DNA of 64,000 bases from the NCBI GenBank assembly GCA_934772045.1, contig CAKVMH010000002.1, positions 219,062-283,061 on the forward strand. The letters run 5' to 3'. Source of the DNA: an uncultured Clostridia bacterium. Its GTDB lineage: Bacteria; Bacillota; Clostridia; Christensenellales; UBA1242. Position numbers and translations under genes: made by a program. The notes below the pieces were generated by a model. It was not told the origin of the DNA and did not search any database. It worked only from the letters and a program-made list of their open reading frames with translations. Positions 1 to 9,130 of this stretch are shown in pieces (positions within the stretch are counted from its first letter, which is position 1; each line of letters opens with the position of its first letter).

Positions 1-1
1 G

Positions 2-802
2 GATAGCGTGCAAATTTACCGCCATTTAAACATAGGCAGTGCAAAAGTGACCGCTGATGAAGCGCAAGGTATTAAACATCACCTTATTGACATTAAGGAA
101 TTTAATGAAAATTACAATGTTGGTGAATTTGTGCGTGACTGTACACATGCCATTGGCGAAATTACAAACAAAGGCAAGTTACCAGTCATTTGTGGTGGAA
201 CAGGGCTTTATGTTAAGGCTCTAATGGATGGTTACACGCTTGGCGACAGCGCAGATTTAGAATTCAGGCATAAATACGAGCAACTTGCAAAAGAAAAGGG
301 CAATGAGTATGTTTGGGGCATTTTAAATGATGTGTCGAAAGAATATGCAAGTAAAGTTCACCCAAACAACTTAAAACGCGTTATAAGGTATTTAGAACTT
401 GCTACACATGGTAAGCAAGCAGAGAAAAAGGAAAGCCCATTAAAAGATTTTGATGTGTTATGCGTTGGCATAATTGCAGATAGAGATTACATCTACGAAA
501 AACTTAATAAACGCGTTGATGTAATGTTGAACGCTGGGCTTGAAAACGAAATAAAAGGCTTAATTTCAATGGGGGCAAAGCGTGACATGCAAGCCTTCAA
601 TTCAATATGTTATAGAGAGTGGTTTGACTATTTTGAAGGTAAACAAACCATGCAACAAACAATTGATTTAATGAAACAGCACAACAGAAATTACGCAAAA
701 CGCCAATTGACATTTTTAAAGACAATTAAAAATGCAAAATTAATGGATATTAATGAAGCAGAAGTTGAAATAAGGAGATTTTTAGATGATACAACTAAAT
801 AA
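2..802 (+). CDS. miaA: tRNA dimethylallyltransferase MiaA, 5' end cut by window edge
   Basis: Frame is open to the window start. The translation (QIYRHLNIGSAKVT, HHLIDI, LPVICGGTGLY) is typical of the IPP-transferase family. Confidence 0.9.
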   Translation, partial: DSVQIYRHLNIGSAKVTADEAQGIKHHLIDIKEFNENYNVGEFVRDCTHAIGEITNKGKLPVICGGTGLYVKALMDGYTLGDSADLEFRHKYEQLAKEKGNEYVWGILNDVSKEYASKVHPNNLKRVIRYLELATHGKQAEKKESPLKDFDVLCVGIIADRDYIYEKLNKRVDVMLNAGLENEIKGLISMGAKRDMQAFNSICYREWFDYFEGKQTMQQTIDLMKQHNRNYAKRQLTFLKTIKNAKLMDINEAEVEIRRFLDDTTK

Positions 803-2024
803 AAATGCGGTTGAAATCGTTAATAGGGCAGAGGAGAACTGCCTTAAATTTTTTAAGAGCATTGAGCAAACCGAATTTGAAAATCAATTAAAAGTTTTAA
901 ACGCTTTCAATTCTTGCAATGTGCAAGCGTATCATTTTGCGGGAAGTAATGGTTACGGTCATAACGATTTGGGCAAGGAAAAACTTTGCCAGGTTTTTGC
1001 TTCAATTTTCCATACTGAAGACGCATTAGTAAGCCCACTTATTAGTTGTGGCACAGAAGCGATAACAAAATGCCTTTTAGGTTTATTACGTCCACATGAT
1101 AACATGCTTTGTATCACTGGCACACCATACGACACATTGCACGACGTTATTTGGGGTGTAAAAGGGAAAAATGTTGGTTCATTAAAAGATTACAGCATTG
1201 AATATAATCAAGTGGAACTTGTAAATAATGATTTTGATTTATCTGCCATTAAAACAGCCATTGAAAAGTATAATCCTACATTGATTTATATCCAACGTTC
1301 GCGCGGTTATTCATTGCGTAATGCATTGACAATTGAACAGATTGAACGTGCAATCAAATGCGTAAGGGCAGAAACAAAGGCAACAATTTTAGTTGACAAT
1401 TGCTATGGTGAGTTTACTGAAACAAAAGAACCTACCGATGTTGGGGCAGATGTGGTTGTTGGTTCACTCATAAAGAATTTAGGCGGAGGCATTGCTCCAT
1501 GTGGCGGATATGTGGCAGGGAAAAAAGATTTATTGGAACTTATTTCATATCAAATAACAAGCCCTGCTGTAGGGTTTGATGCAGGCGGTTATGAACTTGG
1601 TTACAAAGCATTTTTCCAGGGCATATTTAACGCACCACATGTCGTTGCACAAAGCATTAAGTTGGTAAGGTTAGCAAGCGTTGCTATTGCAAATTTGGGC
1701 TATGAAACAATTCCAAGTTTAAATGAACCTACAAGCGACATTGTTTGTTGCATTAAATTTAATGATCCTAACAAATTAATAAATTTTGTTAAGGCAATTC
1801 AACAGGGTAGCGCAATCGATAGCAACTCTTCGCCAGTTCCAAGCGACATGGAAGGTTATGCCGACCAAATCATAATGGCAAGCGGAAGTTTCAATCAAGG
1901 TAGCACAATTGAACTTAGTTGTGATGGTCCAATCCGTCCGCCATATGCAGGTTATTTGCAAGGTTGCGTAAATTATGCTCACGGCAAAATTGGGCTTATA
2001 AACGCAATTCAGACATTACTTTAA
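786..2024 (+). CDS. PLP-dependent methionine gamma-lyase family protein (aluminium-resistance / YnbB-like)
   Basis: 412 aa. N-terminal region (HF..SNGYGHNDLGKEKL..VF...F..EDALV.P.I.CGTEAI) matches the YnbB/aluminium-resistance family pattern. Overlaps the miaA stop, as in an operon. Confidence 0.75.
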   Translation: MIQLNKNAVEIVNRAEENCLKFFKSIEQTEFENQLKVLNAFNSCNVQAYHFAGSNGYGHNDLGKEKLCQVFASIFHTEDALVSPLISCGTEAITKCLLGLLRPHDNMLCITGTPYDTLHDVIWGVKGKNVGSLKDYSIEYNQVELVNNDFDLSAIKTAIEKYNPTLIYIQRSRGYSLRNALTIEQIERAIKCVRAETKATILVDNCYGEFTETKEPTDVGADVVVGSLIKNLGGGIAPCGGYVAGKKDLLELISYQITSPAVGFDAGGYELGYKAFFQGIFNAPHVVAQSIKLVRLASVAIANLGYETIPSLNEPTSDIVCCIKFNDPNKLINFVKAIQQGSAIDSNSSPVPSDMEGYADQIIMASGSFNQGSTIELSCDGPIRPPYAGYLQGCVNYAHGKIGLINAIQTLL

Positions 2025-2707
2025 TAATCAATATTAGGCTAGGGCACACTGCCAATTTGGTAAAATCGCTTAAAATATATAAGGGAATTTATACCAAAAT
2101 ATCTGTGGACATCCACAGGGCAGTGTGAAAGCTTACACACATATCTTTGCGTAAAACAACACTTTTACGCAAAGATATGGTAAAATAAAGCAAAAAATGG
2201 GTGGATAACCCTTAAATTTTCCACATTTTTAAAAATAAACTTTATAATGCTTGACAATTCGACAAGATTTAATGTGTACAAATTTTACGTTATTAATTTT
2301 TAATAATTTTCGGTTTTAACTAAAATTGATGATTTACTTTTATTCATCTTTAAGCAAATTTTCAGTTTTAGTTTTTTTATAAATCTCAAACATACATTGT
2401 TTTGATTGCCTAACAGATTTTATAAAATCTATATCTGCAATTTTAAAACTTAGATGAAGAATTCATCATCTTTTTATTTCAAAATCGCTCTCAGAGCATT
2501 TTAGAGATTTCCCTTTTTGTATCCTAATTAGCATTAGTTTATCATTAATATATTTTTTCATATAATGTTAATCAAACATTCTTATTACACAAAATTTGCA
2601 TTCTAGGTTTTCCTTTAAAGATTTATATGAATATTTATATAAAGAAATTTTAGGTTAATTTTATAAGATTGTTGGTTAATGTCAAAATTCACATCTTTGC
2701 GTAAAAA

Positions 2708-2737
2708 AACCAAACACGTTTTTATGTTTGGTTTTTA
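2708..2737 (-). terminator. Rho-independent terminator downstream of serS (A-run and T-run on both sides, so potentially bidirectional)
   Basis: Hairpin accaaaca-cgttttta-tgtttggt flanked by A7 and T5, about 25 nt after the serS stop. Confidence 0.7.
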
Positions 2738-2761
2738 CAATTAATATTTTCTAAAAGCTTT

Positions 2762-4051
2762 TTATTTATTTTTAGGCATAATAACTGCTTTGCCAGCCAT
2801 GTATGGACGCAAAACTTCTGGCACGGTTATTGAGCCGTCTTTATTGTAATTATTTTCAACCACCGCAATCAAACCGCGTGGACTTGCCACAACTGTATTA
2901 TTAAGTGTATGCACTAAATATGTGCCCTTCTCGCCTTTTGTGCGGATATTCAAACGCCTTGCTTGTGCATCGCCTAATGTTGAACATGAACATACTTCAA
3001 AGTATTTTTGTTGACGTGGGCTCCACGCTTCGATATCGCAAGATTTAACTTTCAAGTCAGCCAAATCGCCTGTGCAACAGTCGAGTTGACGCACTGGAAC
3101 ATTCATATTATTGAATATTTCAACTGAATAACGCCACATCTTTTCATACCATTTCATGCTATCTTCTGGTTTGCAAAGCACAATCATTTCTTGTTTTTCG
3201 AATTGATGTACCCTATAAACACCGCGTTCTTCAAGACCGTGAGCGCCGATTTCTTTACGGAAACATGGGCTGTATGATGTCATGGTAATAGGCAATTCAC
3301 TCTCATTAACAATCTGCCCTTTGAACCTACCAATCATGCTATGTTCACTTGTACCAATAAGGTATAAATCTTCATTTTCAATTTTATACATCATGGCGTC
3401 CATTTCAGCAAAACTCATAACACCATTAACAACATCGCTTCTAATCATAAAAGGCGGAATTGCATATGTGAACCCTTTATCAATCATGTAATCACGCCCA
3501 TAGGCAATCATAGCCTCATGTAAGCGCGCGATATCCCCTAACAAATAGTAGAACCCATTGCCCGATGTCCTACCGGCACTTTCTTTATCTAAACCACCAA
3601 CACTTTCAAAAATGTCAGCATTGTAAGGGATTTCATAATCTGGCACTTTTGGCTCACCAAAACGAGCAACTTCAACATTTTCGCTGTCGTCTTTGCCAAC
3701 CGGAACTGATGGGTCAACAATGTTTGGAATGGCCATCATATTTTGCCTAATTTTTTCGCTATATTCAGCAACTTGTGCTTCAATTTCAGCAATCCTAGCA
3801 TTGTTTTTAACAACAACCGCTTTAATTTCATTTGCTTCGTCAATGCGTTTTTCACGCATTAAAGCACCAACTTGTTGTGATAAGGTATTGCGTTTTGCGC
3901 GTAAATCATCGCCTTCTTGTTTTAAAAGACGGATATCTTTATCCCATTCCAAAACTTCATCAACTAATGGTAATTTTGCGTCTTGAAATTTCTTTTTAAT
4001 GTTTTCCTTAACTAAATCTGGATTAGTTCTAATAAGATTAATGTCAATCAT
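2762..4051 (-). CDS. serS: Seryl-tRNA synthetase
   Basis: 429 aa. N-terminal coiled-coil arm (MIDINLIR...VKENIKKK) and class II core motifs (TSEHSMIG, FRKE, VHQFEK, GSACSTLGD-like). Confidence 0.95.
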   Translation of the reverse strand: MIDINLIRTNPDLVKENIKKKFQDAKLPLVDEVLEWDKDIRLLKQEGDDLRAKRNTLSQQVGALMREKRIDEANEIKAVVVKNNARIAEIEAQVAEYSEKIRQNMMAIPNIVDPSVPVGKDDSENVEVARFGEPKVPDYEIPYNADIFESVGGLDKESAGRTSGNGFYYLLGDIARLHEAMIAYGRDYMIDKGFTYAIPPFMIRSDVVNGVMSFAEMDAMMYKIENEDLYLIGTSEHSMIGRFKGQIVNESELPITMTSYSPCFRKEIGAHGLEERGVYRVHQFEKQEMIVLCKPEDSMKWYEKMWRYSVEIFNNMNVPVRQLDCCTGDLADLKVKSCDIEAWSPRQQKYFEVCSCSTLGDAQARRLNIRTKGEKGTYLVHTLNNTVVASPRGLIAVVENNYNKDGSITVPEVLRPYMAGKAVIMPKNK

Positions 4052-4159
4052 GTCAATTCTCCTTTAATTCAACATATTGTGTGATTTTTCTTTGATTTAG
4101 GCTATATATAAAATAAATATTATGTTCTGCATTAGTTTTGTAAACCCATTTGTTTTTAG

Positions 4160-4385
4160 AAAATAAAAAAACCACCACTAAAATAATATAGAGGTGATAT
4201 TTACCACTGTGCCACTCTAATTTGAGCAAAAATGCCCCAACTCGTATATGCAAATTGCGCCTTGCATTGGCCCCGCATTACCAGGTATCTCAAGGGGTAG
4301 ACGTGAAATCCTTCCATGAATCGCTCTCACCAACCGCGAAACTCTCTCCCACTTCCAAAAGTCACTAGTCCCTTTCAAACGATAT
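4160..4385 (-). promoter_or_regulatory. T-box riboswitch leader of serS (specifier probably UCU, Ser)
   Basis: Minus-strand reading shows AGAGAG/GGTGAGAGCG stem I elements, a specifier-loop candidate CACG-TCT-A, the T-box sequence AATTAGAGTGGCACAGTGG, then an imperfect terminator hairpin ending in T7 directly upstream of serS. Confidence 0.7.
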
Positions 4386-4612
4386 ATTAAACTAATAAAA
4401 TTCTAAATGTAAATCAAAATTTTGTCAATTAATTTTTGCAAGTTTTTTATATTTTTATAAGAAATTTATTTGTGTTTTTTACGCAAAGATGTTAAAATTA
4501 TAGTGATGTAAATTAGATTGTTTTTGATAAAATTTTTAAAAATTTTCAATAATCATCTCATTTACCATGCTGTAACATTTAAATTGTTCAATTTGAACTA
4601 AAAGGTTAAATT

Positions 4613-5680
4613 ATGTCAAACAACTATTATTTAGATAGAAATCGTAAATACATGCAAAAATTAAATGAAATGTTGTGTGATTTGCCGAGTTTTTGCAGTA
4701 TATTTTTCATTGGTATACAGGACACCACCACCCCGCTCACTCGTTTTAATTATGCGGTTGATTTAAAAACATTCTTTAATTACCTTGTAACATATGAAAC
4801 TCATTTTTTTAATAAACCTATTACAAGCATTACTTTAAGTGATATTGATGAAATTGATGCTCAACTTATTGAGCGTTTTATGGCATATTTGTCCTATTAT
4901 GACAAGGAAAACGGCGAGATTTTAACAAATGGTGAACGCGGAAAGTTAAGGAAACTGTCTACCCTTCGCGCGTTCTTTAAATACTTTTTTAATAAGGATA
5001 TGTTAAGAGCAAATGTTGCAAGCAAGGTAAAATCGCCAAAATTACACGATAAACCTATCATTCGCTTGGAACAACAAGAAACTGAAGAATTGATGTATTC
5101 CTGCGATAGCCTTGCAGGTTTTAGCATGCACCAACGCAAATACAATGAAAAGTTTAAAATACGCGACAACGCCATTTTGTCTTTATTTTTAACGACAGGT
5201 ATCCGTGTTAGCGAATGTGTTGGTTTAAATGTTGATGATATTAACTTTAACCTTAACTCATTCAGGGTTACACGCAAAGGTGGTAACCAAGTTATTTTAT
5301 ATTTTGGCGAAGACACGGCAGAAGCATTAAAATCTTACCTAGCCTACCGCGACACATTGCATATTCCAAAAGAAGAACGCGCTTTGTTTATTTCCAGCCA
5401 AGGCAAACGCATGATGGTTAGGAATATGGAATATTTGGTAAAAAAATATGCCAAAGTTGCCACCCCACTAAAAAATATTACACCACATAAATTGCGCTCT
5501 ACATATGGCACGAACCTGTATAATGAAACAAAGGACATTTATATTGTTGCAGAAGTTTTAGGTCATAAAGATGTAAACACAACTAAAAAACACTATGCTG
5601 CAATCAGTGACGATATACGTCGTTCAGTTGCTGGCAAGGTAAAATTAAAAAGTGAAAGTTCCCCTACTCACGGTAACTAA
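4613..5680 (+). CDS. Tyrosine site-specific recombinase, Xer family (355 aa, XerS-like length)
   Basis: C-terminal catalytic region has R (TGIRVSE), HKLRSTY, LGHKDVNTTKKHY (catalytic Tyr). N-terminal SAM-like core-binding domain. SD-like aaaagg lies 5 nt upstream of the ATG. Confidence 0.85.
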   Translation: MSNNYYLDRNRKYMQKLNEMLCDLPSFCSIFFIGIQDTTTPLTRFNYAVDLKTFFNYLVTYETHFFNKPITSITLSDIDEIDAQLIERFMAYLSYYDKENGEILTNGERGKLRKLSTLRAFFKYFFNKDMLRANVASKVKSPKLHDKPIIRLEQQETEELMYSCDSLAGFSMHQRKYNEKFKIRDNAILSLFLTTGIRVSECVGLNVDDINFNLNSFRVTRKGGNQVILYFGEDTAEALKSYLAYRDTLHIPKEERALFISSQGKRMMVRNMEYLVKKYAKVATPLKNITPHKLRSTYGTNLYNETKDIYIVAEVLGHKDVNTTKKHYAAISDDIRRSVAGKVKLKSESSPTHGN

Positions 5681-5760
5681 CTGTCACGATTTTATGAATT
5701 ATAAATATGTAAATTATTGTATAATCTATAATTTACGGTTGAAATTGTTTATTTCTTTCA

Positions 5761-5856
5761 CAATTTAGAAGCAAAATTACTCATTTTATTCGCAATTTAA
5801 AAGGAAAATTACTCATTTTATTCGTAATTTAAAAGGAAAATTACTCATTTTATTCG
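5761..5856. repeat. Three tandem copies of a 32-bp repeat (plus a partial fourth) between the recombinase gene and the lexA promoter
   Basis: Units caatttaRaagSaaaattactcattttattcg at 5761-5792, 5793-5824 and 5825-5856. The fourth copy breaks off exactly at the SOS box. Confidence 0.9.
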
Positions 5857-5864
5857 TAATTTAT

Positions 5865-5878
5865 CGAACAAATGTTTG
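5865..5878 (+). promoter_or_regulatory. LexA (Cheo/SOS) box overlapping the lexA promoter
   Basis: CGAACAAATGTTTG compared with the Firmicute consensus CGAAC-N4-GTTCG. It overlaps the -35 TTGACA at 5876-5881. Confidence 0.7.
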
Positions 5879-5904
5879 ACAAATAGATTTTTTTGTGTTA
5901 AATT
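5876..5904 (+). promoter_or_regulatory. Sigma-A type promoter of lexA
   Basis: TTGACA (5876-5881), a 16-17 nt spacer, then TTAAAT/TAAATT (5898-5904), about 70 nt upstream of the lexA ATG. Confidence 0.55.
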
Positions 5905-5975
5905 CAGTGTAACAATAAAAATTAGTTTGTAAAAATTATTGTATTTTATTGAAACTGATTATATAGGAGTTTACT

Positions 5976-6569
5976 ATGAATATGACGGACCAAACATATG
6001 AATTTATTTGCGATTTTGTCAAAAAAAATAAATATCCGCCAACAGTTAGGGAAATTTGTGCTTGTTTAGGGTTTGATTCAACTTCGACCGCATCTTATCA
6101 TTTGAAAAAATTGGAAAAAATGGGTAAAATTCGTCGCACTGGCAACAAAAACCGTGCAATCGAACTTGTTGAAGATGTTGAACCGCAAATTCCAAGCGTT
6201 AACCTGCCCCTTTTAGGTACAATTGCTGCTGGTCAACCGATTTTAGCCGAGGAAAATCTTAATGAGAAAATTGTTGTTTCACAAGGGCTTTTTGTTGGCA
6301 ACAATCCTTTTGTGCTTAAAGTTAAAGGTGACAGTATGGTTAATGTTGGCATATATGACGGCGATTTAGTGATAATTTCCCAGCAACCCGTTGCTAATAA
6401 TGGCGAAATCGTGGCATGTTTAATAGACAATGAAGCCACTGTTAAACGCTATTATAAAGAAAATGGTTATTTTAGGTTGCAACCTGAAAATTCATTTATG
6501 CGCCCTATTATCACAGACCATTTGCAAATTCTGGGTAAAGTTGTGGGGTTAATTAGGACTAAATTCTAA
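5976..6569 (+). CDS. lexA: LexA repressor
   Basis: 197 aa. N-terminal wHTH (PPTVREICACLGFDSTSTASYHLKKLEKMGKIRR), AG cleavage site (IAAGQP), and the S24 peptidase Ser (GDSM) and Lys (VKRY). Confidence 0.95.
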   Translation: MNMTDQTYEFICDFVKKNKYPPTVREICACLGFDSTSTASYHLKKLEKMGKIRRTGNKNRAIELVEDVEPQIPSVNLPLLGTIAAGQPILAEENLNEKIVVSQGLFVGNNPFVLKVKGDSMVNVGIYDGDLVIISQQPVANNGEIVACLIDNEATVKRYYKENGYFRLQPENSFMRPIITDHLQILGKVVGLIRTKF

Positions 6570-6734
6570 TATTAATATTTTTGTGTTTTACCTACCCCAC
6601 ATTTGTTAGATATTGGTTATTTTAATTAAATATTTAAAGTTTTGCGTTGTTGCAAGTTGACGCAAGGCTTTTTTTAAAGGAATTTTGTTTGACTATGACC
6701 TTTTAATTATTATATAATTAAATTGAGGGATAGT

Positions 6735-8162
6735 ATGAAAACTGCTGATTTAATACCTTTAATTTTGCATGAACTGAATAATGGTGACAAATATGGTTTT
6801 GAATTGACCAAAGAAATTGAAGATAGGTCTAACCAACAAATCCAAATCAAGCAACCGACACTGTACACTGTGCTTAAAAAATTGGAAAAATCCAAATTCA
6901 TTACATCTTATTGGCAAGATAGTGAAATTGGCGGTAAAAGGCATTACTATAAAATAACTGATAACGGCAAAGCACAATTATTAACTTTGCCTTCTTTTGA
7001 TGAAAGTTTAAACGCGATATTGCTAGATGATAGCCAAAACGAAGAAGAAAATGAAGCAAGTAATCAAACAATTGCGGGAATAAAGCCAAGTTTTAACGAA
7101 CAAACTGTGAAAACTGAACAAAATCCTAATATTTATGAACCTGAACATTTAAACAAAAACATTTGGGAAAATTTAAATACTAATAATGAAGCAAATGAAC
7201 AAACTAATACTGCACATGAAGATATTAATGCGGTAAGCGATGATAGTTTTATAAATAACAATAAAATTACATCACAAAATGAAATTTCGCAATCTAAGAA
7301 AAAAGATGACGATAATTTTTCAATTATGGACCTTATTGCTGACAATGCAAGTTCTTCTGCCCCAACAGCCGAAACTAAAATTTCGGTTATCAATTCAAAT
7401 GAAGTTTTTAAAGACGATATAATTGACCACAAAACGCAAATTGAACAAAATAAGGAAAATGTTGCAATTTTAAAAGAAACAAGCAAGGCTTCTGACGAAG
7501 TATTTGCCGAAAATAAAGATATAAGCAAGTTTATTGAAAAAACCCCACCATTGCCTGCAGATACTAAGCCGACATCGTTTGCCGAAGCTCAAAACGGGGT
7601 AAAAACACTGGACAATTTAGATAAGGCTAATTTGAACCTTACCAATGCAGACTACGCTTTCAACGACATAAAATATGTCGATTATGTGGACTTTAAAACA
7701 AAAAAGTCGTACATAAAAGCAAAAAAAGTTGCCAAATTTTCATTAATTAAAACATTCTTAACTTCAACATATCTTTTGGCAATGATTTTATTATGTTGTA
7801 CAGTTGTTTTGCGTACACAAAAAGCATCAATTTTGTTTTACATAATGTTATCATTAAGCGTGGTTGGCTTAGGGTTTTATATGGGCCATAATATTCACTC
7901 TAATCAAACATTGCGCTTGAAAGCGTTAAAAACCGAATATAAACTTAACTTAAAATTGCGCTTAATTATTAATTCCACGCTATTGTTAGCAGTCATCGTT
8001 GTATCAATTATATCGAGTATATTTACTGGTTTTAACACAATATCTAGTATGTTCGGCAGTAGCAACTTTGCAAACATATATGCACCAGTATTGCTGACAA
8101 GTTCAATATTTATTGACTTATTAATTGCACATCTGTTCAAAAAAGTGATAGACAAAATCTAA
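6735..8162 (+). CDS. PadR-family wHTH regulator fused to a long low-complexity linker and a C-terminal multi-pass membrane domain
   Basis: N-terminus LILHELNNGDKYGFELTKEI...QPTLYTVLKKLEKSKFITSYW...KRHYYKITDNGK is a PadR fold signature. About 250 aa of N/E/D/Q-rich linker follows, and the last ~130 aa contain about 4 hydrophobic helices. Start placed at ATG 6735 because GAGGGA lies 4 nt upstream (the ORF track starts at 6723). Confidence 0.7.
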   Translation: MKTADLIPLILHELNNGDKYGFELTKEIEDRSNQQIQIKQPTLYTVLKKLEKSKFITSYWQDSEIGGKRHYYKITDNGKAQLLTLPSFDESLNAILLDDSQNEEENEASNQTIAGIKPSFNEQTVKTEQNPNIYEPEHLNKNIWENLNTNNEANEQTNTAHEDINAVSDDSFINNNKITSQNEISQSKKKDDDNFSIMDLIADNASSSAPTAETKISVINSNEVFKDDIIDHKTQIEQNKENVAILKETSKASDEVFAENKDISKFIEKTPPLPADTKPTSFAEAQNGVKTLDNLDKANLNLTNADYAFNDIKYVDYVDFKTKKSYIKAKKVAKFSLIKTFLTSTYLLAMILLCCTVVLRTQKASILFYIMLSLSVVGLGFYMGHNIHSNQTLRLKALKTEYKLNLKLRLIINSTLLLAVIVVSIISSIFTGFNTISSMFGSSNFANIYAPVLLTSSIFIDLLIAHLFKKVIDKI

Positions 8163-8186
8163 AAAGCAGATTTTGAAGGAGATTAA

Positions 8187-9119
8187 ATGATTCCAGCCTT
8201 AGAAGTAAAAAATCTTACAAAGTTTTACGGCAACAAAAAAGTTGTTGATAATATTTCAATTTCCATATACCCTGGGCAAATTTACGGCTTTGTTGGGCCA
8301 AATGGTGCGGGTAAATCAACAACAATCCGTATGATAACTGGATTAATTGATTCAAATGGTGGTTCAATTAAAATTTCTGGTTACAGTATAGATAGGTCAC
8401 ACAATCATGCCCTTTCTCTCATAGGTGCGGTTGTTGAAACGCCCCAAATGTATCCTTACCTATCTGGTTTAAAAAACTTACAACTTTTTGCAAATTTTTA
8501 CGGAAAAAGAGCGTTGGATAGAATACCAGAAATTGTAAAACTGGTTGGAATGGAAAATCGCATTAAAGATAAAGTATCCGCTTATTCTTTGGGTATGAAA
8601 CAGCGCTTAGGCATTGCTCAAGCCTTACTAAACCACCCTAACCTGCTTATCCTTGACGAACCTACCAATGGCTTAGACCCTAACGGCATTGTTGAAATGC
8701 GCAACATTTTGCGTGTGCTTGCCGAAAAGGAAAAGATTGCGATTTTAATTTCAAGCCATAACTTAGCGGAACTTGAACAAATGTGTGATGTAATCGGCAT
8801 TATTGACAAAGGAAGAATGTTACAGCAAAAAACAATGGTGGAAATTAATGCTATGGTCGCTTCTAACCAGCGATTACAACTTATGTGTAATTACCCTAAT
8901 TATGCCGGTATGATAGTTAAACAAAAATATAATATAACTGGGCAAGTTATTGGCAATTCTTTAATTTTACCGCTTAAAGAAGCAAACATCGCCGTTGTTA
9001 TTTCTTATCTTGTAAGCAAACGCGTGAAAATTTACGGAATTAAAAAAGTGCATAAGTCATTGGAGCAATTATATTTTGAAATTTTACAATCAAATCGACC
9101 TTCGACAAGTATTTTTTAA
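8187..9119 (+). CDS. ABC transporter ATP-binding protein
   Basis: Walker A GPNGAGKST, signature YSLGMKQRL, Walker B LLILDEPTNGLD, H-loop SSHNL. Confidence 0.9.
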   Translation: MIPALEVKNLTKFYGNKKVVDNISISIYPGQIYGFVGPNGAGKSTTIRMITGLIDSNGGSIKISGYSIDRSHNHALSLIGAVVETPQMYPYLSGLKNLQLFANFYGKRALDRIPEIVKLVGMENRIKDKVSAYSLGMKQRLGIAQALLNHPNLLILDEPTNGLDPNGIVEMRNILRVLAEKEKIAILISSHNLAELEQMCDVIGIIDKGRMLQQKTMVEINAMVASNQRLQLMCNYPNYAGMIVKQKYNITGQVIGNSLILPLKEANIAVVISYLVSKRVKIYGIKKVHKSLEQLYFEILQSNRPSTSIF

Positions 9120-9130
9120 AGGGGATAAAT

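Noticed and set aside
4053-4253. 66-aa ORF upstream of serS
   Set aside because: It overlaps the T-box terminator/antiterminator region, has no SD, and the region is better explained as a riboswitch leader.
5761-5856. Possible CRISPR array (also considered for 59356-59500 and 28609-29172)
   Set aside because: These are contiguous tandem repeats without unique spacers, the repeat lengths and structure do not fit CRISPR, and no cas genes are in the window.
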